Assembly: GCA_964516425.1 (NCBI GenBank)
Contig: CAZFAM010000005.1
Location: 132-64,131, forward strand
Source of the DNA: an uncultured Bacteroidales bacterium
Lineage (GTDB): Bacteria; Bacillota_I; Bacilli_A; ML615J-28; CAG-698
Direction of reading: 5' to 3'
Length of the DNA stretch: 64,000 nt
The notes below the pieces were generated by a model. That model had not been told where the DNA came from, did no database searches, and worked only from the letters and a program-made list of their open reading frames with translations. Made by a program: the position numbers and the translations under genes. This document shows positions 8,917 to 18,355 of this stretch, one piece after another. The stretch's first letter is position 1. Each line of letters begins with the position of its first letter.

Positions 8917-10073
8917 TACTCGTTAAACCATTTTGGTTCTGGCAAAGCACCAAAAAGCCCTTTCAAATATTTTTTCATAACATTACCTCGAGGATCTGTT
9001 TCACTATTATCTTTGAAATCATTTAAACAATATAAGTAATTACCCTGACCATCCTTATGTACAAACCAAATTTGATCTTTTCTTAATAAATATTTATCAT
9101 CTAATAATAATAAATCATGAGAAGTTGCAATTAATTGTGACATACTGTTATTATGTGAGTTGTAATAAGAAATTAAAGATTTAGTAATTAAGGTATGTAA
9201 ACTTGATTCAATTTCATCAATAATCAAAATTTTATTATTCTTAATTGCGGATAAAAAAGTATAAACTAAATTAGTAATTTGAATTGTTCCATTAGAATCA
9301 ATTAAACCAAAAGGCAACACTTCCTCAATACCTTTAAAATTATATTTTGTGAATATTTTCAATCTATCTAATAAATTTTTATCAATCAATTCATCTTTTT
9401 TTAAATTTTCAACCATATCACTATTATCGATTAATGATTCTATATGTAAATCCAACTTTTTAATAATCTCATTAATTTCTTTAAAATTCTTTTCTTCTAA
9501 CATTTTATTAACATTTATTTTATATCTACTTTCAAAAAATTCAAAACTATTTACAAAATCATTAATATCATTTAATTCATTAACAAATTCTTTAGGTAAA
9601 AAATTTAAAAAAAGTTCTTCCGGTCTTTCACCTAAATTTTCAATTATACTACTAGAAACTTTATCTTTATTCATTCTATCAAAGATACTATTATCATTTT
9701 TTTTCAATATTTCTTGTAAGACTTTTTTTTCAGTAAATGACAATTCATAATAATAAATTTGATTGCCTATAGAGAACTCAACTTTAAATTCCAATGGCAT
9801 TTCTTCTTCATAAAAAATATTTTTATCATATTTCCCGTATGATACTTTTTTATCTTTTAAAATACCTAAGAAAAATTTGAACGATTCTAAAAAGCACGAT
9901 TTTCCTGTATTATTAGGTCCATAAATTAAAGAGCTTTTTACTAAATCATATTTATCAGCTACGTTTTTTATAAGATTATCATTATTTTTTTTAATATAAT
10001 TATCAGCAACCATAGAAAATGATACTTCATCATAAAAAACTTTATAACCTTTTACAGAATAATTTAACAACAT
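8916..10073 (-). CDS. AAA_21 / ABC-like ATPase, AbiLi-like partner of RloB
   Basis: Walker A GPNNTGKS, Walker B LIIDEIESSLH, and ATSHD. The start was set to ATG 10073 (MLLNYSV...) because GAGGTGG lies 5 nt upstream. Confidence 0.75.
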   Translation of the reverse strand: MLLNYSVKGYKVFYDEVSFSMVADNYIKKNNDNLIKNVADKYDLVKSSLIYGPNNTGKSCFLESFKFFLGILKDKKVSYGKYDKNIFYEEEMPLEFKVEFSIGNQIYYYELSFTEKKVLQEILKKNDNSIFDRMNKDKVSSSIIENLGERPEELFLNFLPKEFVNELNDINDFVNSFEFFESRYKINVNKMLEEKNFKEINEIIKKLDLHIESLIDNSDMVENLKKDELIDKNLLDRLKIFTKYNFKGIEEVLPFGLIDSNGTIQITNLVYTFLSAIKNNKILIIDEIESSLHTLITKSLISYYNSHNNSMSQLIATSHDLLLLDDKYLLRKDQIWFVHKDGQGNYLYCLNDFKDNSETDPRGNVMKKYLKGLFGALPEPKWFNE

Positions 10074-10097
10074 ATGTTCCACCTCATACATATATAT

Positions 10098-10126
10098 ATT
10101 TTAACACCTCGCTTTTGTTTTGTCAA
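10098..10126 (-). promoter_or_regulatory. Promoter of the ATPase/RloB cassette
   Basis: Minus strand reads TTGACA (10126-10121), 17 nt, then TAAAAT (10103-10098), with a TGT extended -10. Confidence 0.65.
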
Positions 10127-10214
10127 TATTTATGCAAAAAAATTGCACAAAATCTTTTTTTATATTATATGTTTTTTTAAAGTGAATTATTCATATAATT
10201 TTATTACTTTAAAT

Positions 10215-10248
10215 ATAAAAAAGACATTCTAATTTAACTAAGAATGCC
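10215..10248 (-). terminator. Intrinsic terminator after recX
   Basis: Minus strand stem GGCATTCT / AGAATGTC (one G-U pair) followed by T6. Confidence 0.7.
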
Positions 10249-10388
10249 CTTATTTGAAACAATATTATTATTTTTTCTTTTTTATTTCCTTTTCTATTTC
10301 TTGCTTTAATGATCTTTCTAAATCTTTCGAATTAATCATACGATCTTTATCATCCATTATATCACCCATATAATTTATATGATGATGA

Positions 10389-11186
10389 TTAATTATTATT
10401 CTTTATTTTAGATAAAAAATCATTAATCGTTCGATAATCATATCCTTTATTCATCAAATAATTAATAATTATTTGTTTGTGTTCTTTTTGACCTTTTTTA
10501 GAAGCTTTAACTACAGCTTTATTATAATCTTTCATTATAATTTCATCACTTATATCATTAAAATCATAATTCTCAATTAAATTATAAATAACACTGGAAG
10601 AAAAACCATTTTGTATTAATTTATTACTTAATAGTATTTTAAACTTTTTTAATGGATATTTGTTATTTTTTTCTTTTGATAAGATTCTATTAATAACTTC
10701 TTCTTCCATTTCTTTTGTATAATTATTTAAAATATCTTTAATTAATTGTTCATCAATTTTCTTTTGATTCAACTTATTCTTAATATAAAGTGGACCTTTA
10801 TTATTTCGATAATAATAATCTAAGTAATAAGTAGCTAAAGCAGAATCATTAATATATCCTAAATTTGTAACTCGAGTAATAATATTATTTATTTGTTCCC
10901 TCGATAATGATTTATTAGATTTCGTAATTAAGTATGTCTCAATTTCATATTTAGATTTATAACTAGAACCCAAATAATTCAAAGTCTTATTAAAATATTC
11001 ATCTTCCACAGCTTGTTCTAGTACTGTTTTCCATTGCGATTTACTAAAACACGCATCTTTAAAAAGCATATATTTTATTACTGTATCTTCAAAAAAAGTA
11101 TATGAATCATCATTTGTTTCTATTATATACTTTTTACTACGAGGTTTTTTTGAAATACAAATTATTTTTATTTCTTCCATAATCAT
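10389..11186 (-). CDS. recX: RecX family regulatory protein
   Basis: 265 aa with repeated three-helix RecX-like units (YLGSSYKSKYEIETYL, ITRVTNLGYINDSALATYYLDYY, KGPLYIKNKLNQKKI). It sits in the conserved position after prfB. Confidence 0.7.
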   Translation of the reverse strand: MIMEEIKIICISKKPRSKKYIIETNDDSYTFFEDTVIKYMLFKDACFSKSQWKTVLEQAVEDEYFNKTLNYLGSSYKSKYEIETYLITKSNKSLSREQINNIITRVTNLGYINDSALATYYLDYYYRNNKGPLYIKNKLNQKKIDEQLIKDILNNYTKEMEEEVINRILSKEKNNKYPLKKFKILLSNKLIQNGFSSSVIYNLIENYDFNDISDEIIMKDYNKAVVKASKKGQKEHKQIIINYLMNKGYDYRTINDFLSKIKNNN

Positions 11187-11192
11187 TCACAT

Positions 11193-12296
11193 CTAGTTTA
11201 TATTATATTTAGATTTTAAATAAGCATTAATAAAGCCATCTAAATTTCCATCCATAACATTATCCACATTAAATTCTTCATAATTTGTACGATGATCTTT
11301 GATCATTGAATATGGATGAAAAACATAAGATCTAATTTGACTACCAAAGCTATTATCCGTTATTTCACCACTTATATCTTTTAATTTTTTGGCTTGCTCA
11401 TCTAATTGCATTTGATATAATTTAGATTTTAATACTTGAAATGCTTTTTCACGGTTTTGTATTTGGCTACGCTCATTTTGGCATGTAACAACTATTCCTG
11501 TTTTTAAATGTGTAATACGAATGGCAGAATCAGTTGTATTAACATGTTGACCACCAGCACCACTAGAACGATAAGTATCGACTCTAACATCATCAGGATT
11601 AATCTCAATATTCACATCTGTTTCAATTTGCGGTACAATTGTAACAGCACAAAAAGATGTATGACGACGGGAATTACTATCAAACGGAGAAATACGAACC
11701 AAACGATGAACACCTTGTTCTCCTTTTAAATATCCATAAGCATTAATACCATGAACAATAAAACTAACACTTTTAACTCCTGCCTCTTCGCCTTCTAAAT
11801 AATCAAGAACTTCATAAGAAAATCCATTACGTTCACAATATCTTTTATACATACGAAATAGCATATTACACCAATCCATTGATTCTGTACCACCAGCTCC
11901 AGGATGCATATCAATAATAGCATCACAATTATCATACTCTTTTGATAGTAATGTTTCGTTTTCAAATTTACTTATTTTATCTTCTATTGTTTTTACAATT
12001 TCTTCAATTTCTTGTTCTAAGTCTTGTTCTTTAGATTTATGCATATCAAAATATAATTCTAATTCTTCAATTAAATCACTAATTTCTTGAAAATTAGAAA
12101 TTTTTTCTTTAAATAGTTTAATATTTTTTAAAACTACTTTTGATTGATTGGGATTATTCCAGAAAGATGGAGAATCTAGTAATTGTTCGCTATCATTTAA
12201 CTGTTCTTTTATATCTTGCAAATTAATAGCATTATTTAACTCATTAATTCTTCTTTTATAATCATTTAAAGCTTTACTAATTTCAAAATTCTCCAT
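11193..12296 (-). CDS. prfB: Peptide chain release factor 2, encoded as one uninterrupted frame
   Basis: SPF motif (RISPFDS), GGQ motif (GAGGQHVN), GAGGAG RBS, 367 aa without an in-frame stop. Confidence 0.95.
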   Translation of the reverse strand: MENFEISKALNDYKRRINELNNAINLQDIKEQLNDSEQLLDSPSFWNNPNQSKVVLKNIKLFKEKISNFQEISDLIEELELYFDMHKSKEQDLEQEIEEIVKTIEDKISKFENETLLSKEYDNCDAIIDMHPGAGGTESMDWCNMLFRMYKRYCERNGFSYEVLDYLEGEEAGVKSVSFIVHGINAYGYLKGEQGVHRLVRISPFDSNSRRHTSFCAVTIVPQIETDVNIEINPDDVRVDTYRSSGAGGQHVNTTDSAIRITHLKTGIVVTCQNERSQIQNREKAFQVLKSKLYQMQLDEQAKKLKDISGEITDNSFGSQIRSYVFHPYSMIKDHRTNYEEFNVDNVMDGNLDGFINAYLKSKYNIN

Positions 12297-12319
12297 ACTA
12301 ATTTCTCCTCAATATTAAA

Positions 12320-14824
12320 CTACTTTCTTCCACAACATTTTTTATATTTCAATCCACTTCCACATGGGCATGGATCATTAGGGCCTGGTTTAGATTCTTT
12401 TTTTACAGGTGCTTTTTTTATATTTTCTTCTTTACCTGAAGATGCAACTGTGTTTTTAGCAACTTGTTCACGCTGTAGATTTTCTTCAATTCTTGCTCTA
12501 TTAATTATTTTAGTAGCATCATTTTCAATATTGCAAATTAAATTTTCAAATTTTTCAAATCCTATTTCTTGATATTCTCTTAATGGATTTTTTTGAGCAT
12601 ATGATTGTAATCTAACTGCTTGTCTAAGCTCACTCATTGAATCTATATGATCCATCCAATATGTATCAACAGTTCTTAATAAAATTACTTTTAAAAATTC
12701 CTTATAAATTTCTTCAGGGAATTTTTCTTTCTTGTCATTTAACAATTCTTGACATTGATTATGCAAATACTCAACTACTTCTGTTCCTTTTTTATTTACA
12801 ATTTCTTCAATATCTAATTTATTTAATGGGAAATATATTCCATTAATACTTTCAAACAATTTTTTTGTAGCATTAATATCACATACCTTATTAATATCTA
12901 TGACATTTCCAACTAAACGTGTACATGTATTTTTCATCATTTTTAAGATAATTGGTGTTATATCATCATAGAATAAAATATCATTTCTTTGACCATAAAT
13001 AATTTCACGTTGTTTTCTTAAAACTTCATCATATTTTAATACTTGTTCACGATTATCATAGTTTGTTCCTTCAATTTTCTTTTGGGCACTTTCCACAAAT
13101 CTCGAAAACATTTTATATTCTAATGGTACTTCAGAACCATCTTTTTGATTTACAACTAAACCAAGTAAAGTTTTAAATCGTTCACTACCAAATCGTTTCA
13201 TCAAATCATCATCTGTGGATAAGAAGAATTTAGTATAACCTGGATCACCTTGACGACCAGATCTACCACGTAACTGATTATCAATGCGTCGAGATTCATG
13301 GCGTTCAGTACCTAATACACATAAACCACCAAGCTCAACAACACCTTCACCTAATTTAATATCTGTACCACGTCCTGCCATATTAGTTGCAATAGTTACT
13401 GCACCTTTTTCACCAGCGTGACTAATAATTTCTGCTTCTCTTTCATGTTGTTTAGCATTAAGTACATTATGTTTAATATGTTTTTTTGTCAATAAATGTG
13501 ATAATAATTCACTTGTTTCAATAGAAATCGTACCAACTAATATGGGTTGTCCTTTTAAATGGCGTTCTTCAATTTCATTAGCAATAGCTTCAAATTTAGC
13601 TTTCATAGTCATAAAAATAACATCAGTTGCATCAACCCTAATAACTGGTTTATTAGTAGGTATTTCAACAACATACATATTATAAATATTTCTAAATTCA
13701 TCTTCTTCAGTTTTAGCTGTACCTGTCATACCAGCTAGTTTATGATACATTCTAAAGAAATTTTGGAAAGTAATTGTAGCAACAGTTTTAGTTTCTTTCT
13801 TTATTTCAACATGTTCTTTAGCTTCTAGGGCTTGATGTAATCCTTCAGAATATTGACGGCCAAACATTAAACGACCTGTAAATGGGTCAACAATAATGAC
13901 TGCGCCTTCATGAATTACATAATCAACATCTTTATGCATAATATAGTTAGCACGCAATGCATTTTGAATGTAATGTAATAAAGCAACATTTTTAACATCA
14001 TATAAGTTATCAAGATTAAAAAATCTTTCTGCCTTTCCCATTCCTGATTCTGTTAAAACAATATGTTTAGCTTTAATATCAATATCATAATCTTCTTCTT
14101 TTAAACTTTTCGCAAACATATCCGCATTTTGATATGTTCCCGCAGTATTCTTAGCTGCACCACTAATAATAAGTGGAGTTCTTGCTTCATCAATTAAAAT
14201 AGAGTCAACTTCATCCACAACCGCAAAATTTAATTCTCTTTGAACAATTTGCTCTTTATAAATTACCATATGATCACGTAAGTAATCAAATCCTAATTCA
14301 TTATTTGTGGAATATGTAATATCACAATTATATGCTGCTCTTTTTTCATCTGGTGTTAAATCACGTAAGTTTAAACCAACAGTTAATCCTAACCAGTTAT
14401 ATAAAACGCCCATTTCAGTTGCATCACGAGTTGCTAAATACTCATTGACAGTAACAACATGAACACCTTTACCAGTTAAAGCATTTAAATAAACAACAAG
14501 TGTAGATGTTAATGTTTTACCTTCACCAGTTTTCATTTCCGCAATATTACCACCATGTAATGCTGCAGCACCCATTATTTGCACTTTAAATGGTGTCATA
14601 CCAAGGGCTCTTGTTGCAGCTTCACGACATGTTGCAAATGCTTCTACTTCTATATCATCTAATGAAGCACCTTTTTCTAATAATGATTTAAAATAAGGCG
14701 TTTTAGCCTTTAATTCATCATCACTTAATTTTTTATATTCTTCTTGTAGTGCATCTACTTTATCCGCAATCTTTTCTATACGCTTTAATTCTTTGTATCC
14801 TGCGTCAAATAATCCTTTAAACAC
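12320..14824 (-). CDS. secA: Preprotein translocase ATPase SecA
   Basis: 834 aa with [26 protein letters not shown] and a C-terminal zinc motif [17 protein letters not shown] start. Confidence 0.97.
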   Translation of the reverse strand: MFKGLFDAGYKELKRIEKIADKVDALQEEYKKLSDDELKAKTPYFKSLLEKGASLDDIEVEAFATCREAATRALGMTPFKVQIMGAAALHGGNIAEMKTGEGKTLTSTLVVYLNALTGKGVHVVTVNEYLATRDATEMGVLYNWLGLTVGLNLRDLTPDEKRAAYNCDITYSTNNELGFDYLRDHMVIYKEQIVQRELNFAVVDEVDSILIDEARTPLIISGAAKNTAGTYQNADMFAKSLKEEDYDIDIKAKHIVLTESGMGKAERFFNLDNLYDVKNVALLHYIQNALRANYIMHKDVDYVIHEGAVIIVDPFTGRLMFGRQYSEGLHQALEAKEHVEIKKETKTVATITFQNFFRMYHKLAGMTGTAKTEEDEFRNIYNMYVVEIPTNKPVIRVDATDVIFMTMKAKFEAIANEIEERHLKGQPILVGTISIETSELLSHLLTKKHIKHNVLNAKQHEREAEIISHAGEKGAVTIATNMAGRGTDIKLGEGVVELGGLCVLGTERHESRRIDNQLRGRSGRQGDPGYTKFFLSTDDDLMKRFGSERFKTLLGLVVNQKDGSEVPLEYKMFSRFVESAQKKIEGTNYDNREQVLKYDEVLRKQREIIYGQRNDILFYDDITPIILKMMKNTCTRLVGNVIDINKVCDINATKKLFESINGIYFPLNKLDIEEIVNKKGTEVVEYLHNQCQELLNDKKEKFPEEIYKEFLKVILLRTVDTYWMDHIDSMSELRQAVRLQSYAQKNPLREYQEIGFEKFENLICNIENDATKIINRARIEENLQREQVAKNTVASSGKEENIKKAPVKKESKPGPNDPCPCGSGLKYKKCCGRK

Positions 14825-14927
14825 GCACGGTCACATCCTTTCAATATATATAATATATGATACACTATTTTATACTTTTTTGCAAGTAAAAATAATAGCT
14901 CTTTAATCATATATTAACAAAAATTCT

Positions 14928-14956
14928 TTGACTATTAAATTCATAAATGCTATAAT
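14928..14956 (+). promoter_or_regulatory. Near-consensus promoter with extended -10
   Basis: TTGACT, 17 nt, then TGcTATAAT. The TTG used as the ORF start in the track is the -35 box. Confidence 0.7.
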
Positions 14957-14972
14957 ATTCTTTGGTGACTTT

Positions 14973-16250
14973 ATGATAACAATTATAATAGCAATAGTAA
15001 CTTGCTTTACAATGATTTTGTCTATTTTATTGTTCCCAAAAATTAAAATAAAAAACATTTCTTTAGATACATACTGGATAATTGTTTTACTTGGGGCAAT
15101 AATATTAATCATTTGTAATTTAGTTAACATTAAAACAATTTTCAATGTTTTCACAAGTAATAGTAATGTAAATCCAATAAAAATACTAGTACTATTTATT
15201 TCAATGACTCTTCTTTCAATTTATTTGGATGAAGTAGGCTTATTTCGCTTTCTTGCCAATTATGCTACTAAAAAAGCAGGAAACAAACAAATTAAATTAT
15301 TTATATATTTATATGTTTTGGTTTCTGTTTTAACTATTTTTACTTCTAATGATATAATCATTTTAACATTTACTCCTTTTATTTGTTATTTTGCGAAAAA
15401 CACAAAAATCAATCCTTTGCCTTATTTAATTGCGGAATTTGTGGGGGCTAATACTTGGAGTATGATGTTTTTAATAGGCAATCCCACAAATATTTATATA
15501 GGAACATTTTTTAGCATCAATTTCATTGAATATTTAAAAGTGATGTTTCTTCCGACTTTATGTGGTGGGTTATGTAGTTTTTTAATTGTTTATTTATTAT
15601 TTAGAAAAGAATTAAATAAAAAGTTAGTTATTACTGATTTTGATACTGTTTCCTTAAATAAACCACTATTAATAATTGGTTTAATTCATTTAATTTCATG
15701 TAGTATTCTTTTAGTTATATCATCTTACATCAATTTAGAAATGTGGGTTATAACATTATGTTTTGCTCTATCATTAATTTTGTGTGTTTTAATATATAAA
15801 CTGTTTAATAAAAATAAAGACATATATTTAATGAAAACAATTAAAAGAATTCCTTATCAATTAATTCCCTTTGTCATTTCAATGTTTATCATCGTTTTAG
15901 CTCTAAAAGAAGCTAATGTTACAAATTACATAAATAAAATCTTAAATAATAATTTTATTTTATATGGATTAACTTCTTTTATAAGTAGTAACATTTTAAA
16001 CAATATTCCGATGAGTGTTTTCTTTTCCGAAATTCTTGATGGTATAAATTATAAAAATATATATGCTTGTATTATAAGTTCTAATATTGGTGCTATTCTT
16101 ACGCCAATTGGAGCTTTAGCCGGTATAATGTGGATGTCTTTACTTAAACAATATAATGTCAATTATTCATTTAAAAAGTTCACAAAATATGGAATCATAA
16201 TATCTGTACCTACTTTACTTATAACTTTATTAGTATTATATTTTTTATAA
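14973..16250 (+). CDS. ArsB/NhaD-superfamily ion transporter (YbiR-like permease)
   Basis: Polytopic membrane protein with motifs TSNDIIILTFTP and IGNPTNIYIG, repeated as NNIPMSVFF and SNIGAILTPIGALAG. ATG 14973 follows GGTGA. Confidence 0.75.
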   Translation: MITIIIAIVTCFTMILSILLFPKIKIKNISLDTYWIIVLLGAIILIICNLVNIKTIFNVFTSNSNVNPIKILVLFISMTLLSIYLDEVGLFRFLANYATKKAGNKQIKLFIYLYVLVSVLTIFTSNDIIILTFTPFICYFAKNTKINPLPYLIAEFVGANTWSMMFLIGNPTNIYIGTFFSINFIEYLKVMFLPTLCGGLCSFLIVYLLFRKELNKKLVITDFDTVSLNKPLLIIGLIHLISCSILLVISSYINLEMWVITLCFALSLILCVLIYKLFNKNKDIYLMKTIKRIPYQLIPFVISMFIIVLALKEANVTNYINKILNNNFILYGLTSFISSNILNNIPMSVFFSEILDGINYKNIYACIISSNIGAILTPIGALAGIMWMSLLKQYNVNYSFKKFTKYGIIISVPTLLITLLVLYFL

Positions 16251-16260
16251 AAGCATTATA

Positions 16261-16304
16261 AAAAAGCAACATTGATATAATTATCGATGTTGCTTTTTAT
16301 TTTT
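16261..16304. terminator. Bidirectional terminator between convergent genes
   Basis: 12-bp stem AGCAACATTGAT / ATCGATGTTGCT flanked by A5 and T5. Confidence 0.8.
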
Positions 16305-16400
16305 CATAAATATTATTATTTTGAACATAATTTATGCTTGATGATTTTATTTATAAAGTTTTATGGTCTTTGTTGTTTCATCTTTATTCCACTCATTTTT

Positions 16401-17543
16401 TTATTCATCATTTAATGACTTAGAAATAATAGGTAAATTTAATATTTCTAAAATTTCTTTTGCAGCAGTATCATAATCCTTATTATAAACTACATAATCA
16501 CATAAAAATATATTATTCTTTTCAGAATCAATAGCTAAGATCCGATTTGTTTTATCTTCTACATTAGAATTTTTCATTAATATATTTTCTATTAATGATT
16601 TTCTATCTCTCTTTATATAAATTGTCACAACATTATTAAAATGACATTTCAATGTCATAGCACCACAAATATCCATAGTTGTCAAAACATTTTTACCTGA
16701 ATTTATTATTTTTAATACATCATCTTTTTTCGATCCAAATCCATGCCCTGCATACATTGTTGATTCAAAAAGCATATTAGAATCTAACATTCTTCGAAAT
16801 TCCTCTTGTGAAACATAATTATACCAATCATTTTCCTGTAAGCTAGTTAAATCTTTTGTAGTATATGATTGAAGTTTAACAAGACTATTAGTATACTTCA
16901 TCAATTTACTAGCTACCTTAGTTTTTCCACTTCCAGATGGCCCTACTAAGCATATGATGTAAGGGTCATTACTTAAGACTGGATCCTCCAATGTTGAATT
17001 ACTTTTAATTATTACCTCTAACAATTTCAAAAATTCATCATAATTGTTTGCGGCAAGCATACCAGTAGCATCTTGATTCCAAGGCTTACGCATTAGTATT
17101 GGATATTTAGCATTTGATTTAAATACATTATGCATGCCATCATCAAATAAGACATCCACATTTATTTTATCTTTGCGACTTCCCATATAGATATTACCAA
17201 CCTCTATTTCTGGAAATTCATCCATTAATCTTTTAGCTCTTATCCCCATAAATTCTGGTGCAATCGATGTTGAGATAAAAACCTCAGCTATTTGTGTTAG
17301 TTTCTTTAAAAAATCTTTTGCACCTGCAATAACTGGTTGATCTTCATAAAACTTGGGATCATTAAAATATTCAAATATAACATCTGCTCGACTACCTAAA
17401 TGTCCCCATCTATCAACTTCATGTATAGAAATGGGAGGCTGAAAATTATATTTTTCATTAGCTAATTTGATAGCATATGGGATGCACTCAAATAAAACAT
17501 CATCTACGTCTAAAGCAACAGTCATTTTATAGTGTCTATTCAT
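16401..17543 (-). CDS. Fusion of an NT5C-type HAD 5'(3')-deoxyribonucleotidase and a guanylate-kinase-like P-loop domain
   Basis: N-terminal half: HAD motif I ALDVDDVLFE, then STS and LFDDGMHN. C-terminal half: LVGPSGSGKT and YTTK, colinear with guanylate kinase up to CDYVVYNKDYDTAAKEILEIL. The start is probably ATG 17543; the 46-codon K/C-rich extension in the track is unsupported. Confidence 0.65.
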   Translation of the reverse strand: MNRHYKMTVALDVDDVLFECIPYAIKLANEKYNFQPPISIHEVDRWGHLGSRADVIFEYFNDPKFYEDQPVIAGAKDFLKKLTQIAEVFISTSIAPEFMGIRAKRLMDEFPEIEVGNIYMGSRKDKINVDVLFDDGMHNVFKSNAKYPILMRKPWNQDATGMLAANNYDEFLKLLEVIIKSNSTLEDPVLSNDPYIICLVGPSGSGKTKVASKLMKYTNSLVKLQSYTTKDLTSLQENDWYNYVSQEEFRRMLDSNMLFESTMYAGHGFGSKKDDVLKIINSGKNVLTTMDICGAMTLKCHFNNVVTIYIKRDRKSLIENILMKNSNVEDKTNRILAIDSEKNNIFLCDYVVYNKDYDTAAKEILEILNLPIISKSLNDE

Positions 17544-17752
17544 TATATAACCATACCTTTTTTTAAATTTGTTATTATTTATTTTAAAATAATTTTTATA
17601 ATATATTTTACCAGAACATTTTTCACTACTTTTACATTTTGAGTCAAAACATTTTTTAAAAAATGGGCGGATATAAAACATACCCGTCCTTCATTAGGAG
17701 TTTAACCTATAATATGTAGTTATTTATAATATTATAAACTCCGTAAATATTT

Positions 17753-18286
17753 TTAATAATTTTCTTTTCTAACTTCAAAATAACTTTGAGCATGATTACA
17801 TACTGGGCATATAGCAGGTGCTTTTTTCCCCATAACTAAATGTCCACAATTACGACATTCCCACATTGTTTCTTCTGATTTTGCAAACACTTGTTGCATT
17901 TCCACATTATTTAATAATGCACGATATCTTTCTTCATGTGCTTTTTCAATAGCGGCAACCATTCTAAATTTTGCGGCTAAAGCTTTGAATCCTTCTTCTT
18001 CAGCTTCTTTCGCAAATTGATCGTACATATCAGTCCATTCATAATTTTCACCTTCAGCAGCATGTAATAAATTTGTTTGAGTATCCCCAATGCCATTTAA
18101 TTCTTTAAACCACATTTTAGCATGTTCTTTTTCATTGTTTGCTGTTTGTTCAAAAATAGCTGCAATTTGTTCAAAGCCTTCTTTTCTCGCTACACTTGCG
18201 AAATAAGTATATTTATTTCTTGCTTGACTTTCTCCCGCAAATGCTGCTTCTAAATTTTTTTCTGTTTTTGTTCCTTTTAAATCCAT
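17753..18286 (-). CDS. rbr: Rubrerythrin
   Basis: Ferritin-like ExxH pairs ([18 protein letters not shown]) plus a C-terminal rubredoxin CRNCGH...CPVCNH. AAGGAG RBS. Confidence 0.9.
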   Translation of the reverse strand: MDLKGTKTEKNLEAAFAGESQARNKYTYFASVARKEGFEQIAAIFEQTANNEKEHAKMWFKELNGIGDTQTNLLHAAEGENYEWTDMYDQFAKEAEEEGFKALAAKFRMVAAIEKAHEERYRALLNNVEMQQVFAKSEETMWECRNCGHLVMGKKAPAICPVCNHAQSYFEVRKENY

Positions 18287-18355
18287 AATTTTTAAATCTC
18301 CTTTACATTTATTATAATAACATTTTTTTATATTTTTTTCAATTATAATGCTTTT

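Noticed and set aside
9707-9730. Two A8/T8 homopolymer tracts inside the AbiLi-like ATPase gene, considered as phase-variation switches.
   Set aside because: Runs of 8 A/T are common throughout this AT-rich window, including in housekeeping genes, and the frame is intact.
10133-10147. Inverted repeat TGCAA-N5-TTGCA upstream of the AbiL-like promoter. It shares the 11-mer TTTTGCATAAA with the inverted repeat at 52431-52447 upstream of the pro-peptide gene, which hinted at a common regulator.
   Set aside because: The spacer lengths differ (5 versus 7 nt). By my rough estimate, an 11-mer of this AT-rich composition is expected by chance about once every few windows of this size, so this is not significant without genome-wide statistics.
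10268-10369. 33-codon minus-strand ORF (MGDIMDDKDRMINSKDLERSLKQEIEKEIKKKK) just downstream of recX.
   Set aside because: It has no clear RBS, is low-complexity and charged, and is below any size where composition alone is informative. It could be real but is unsupported.
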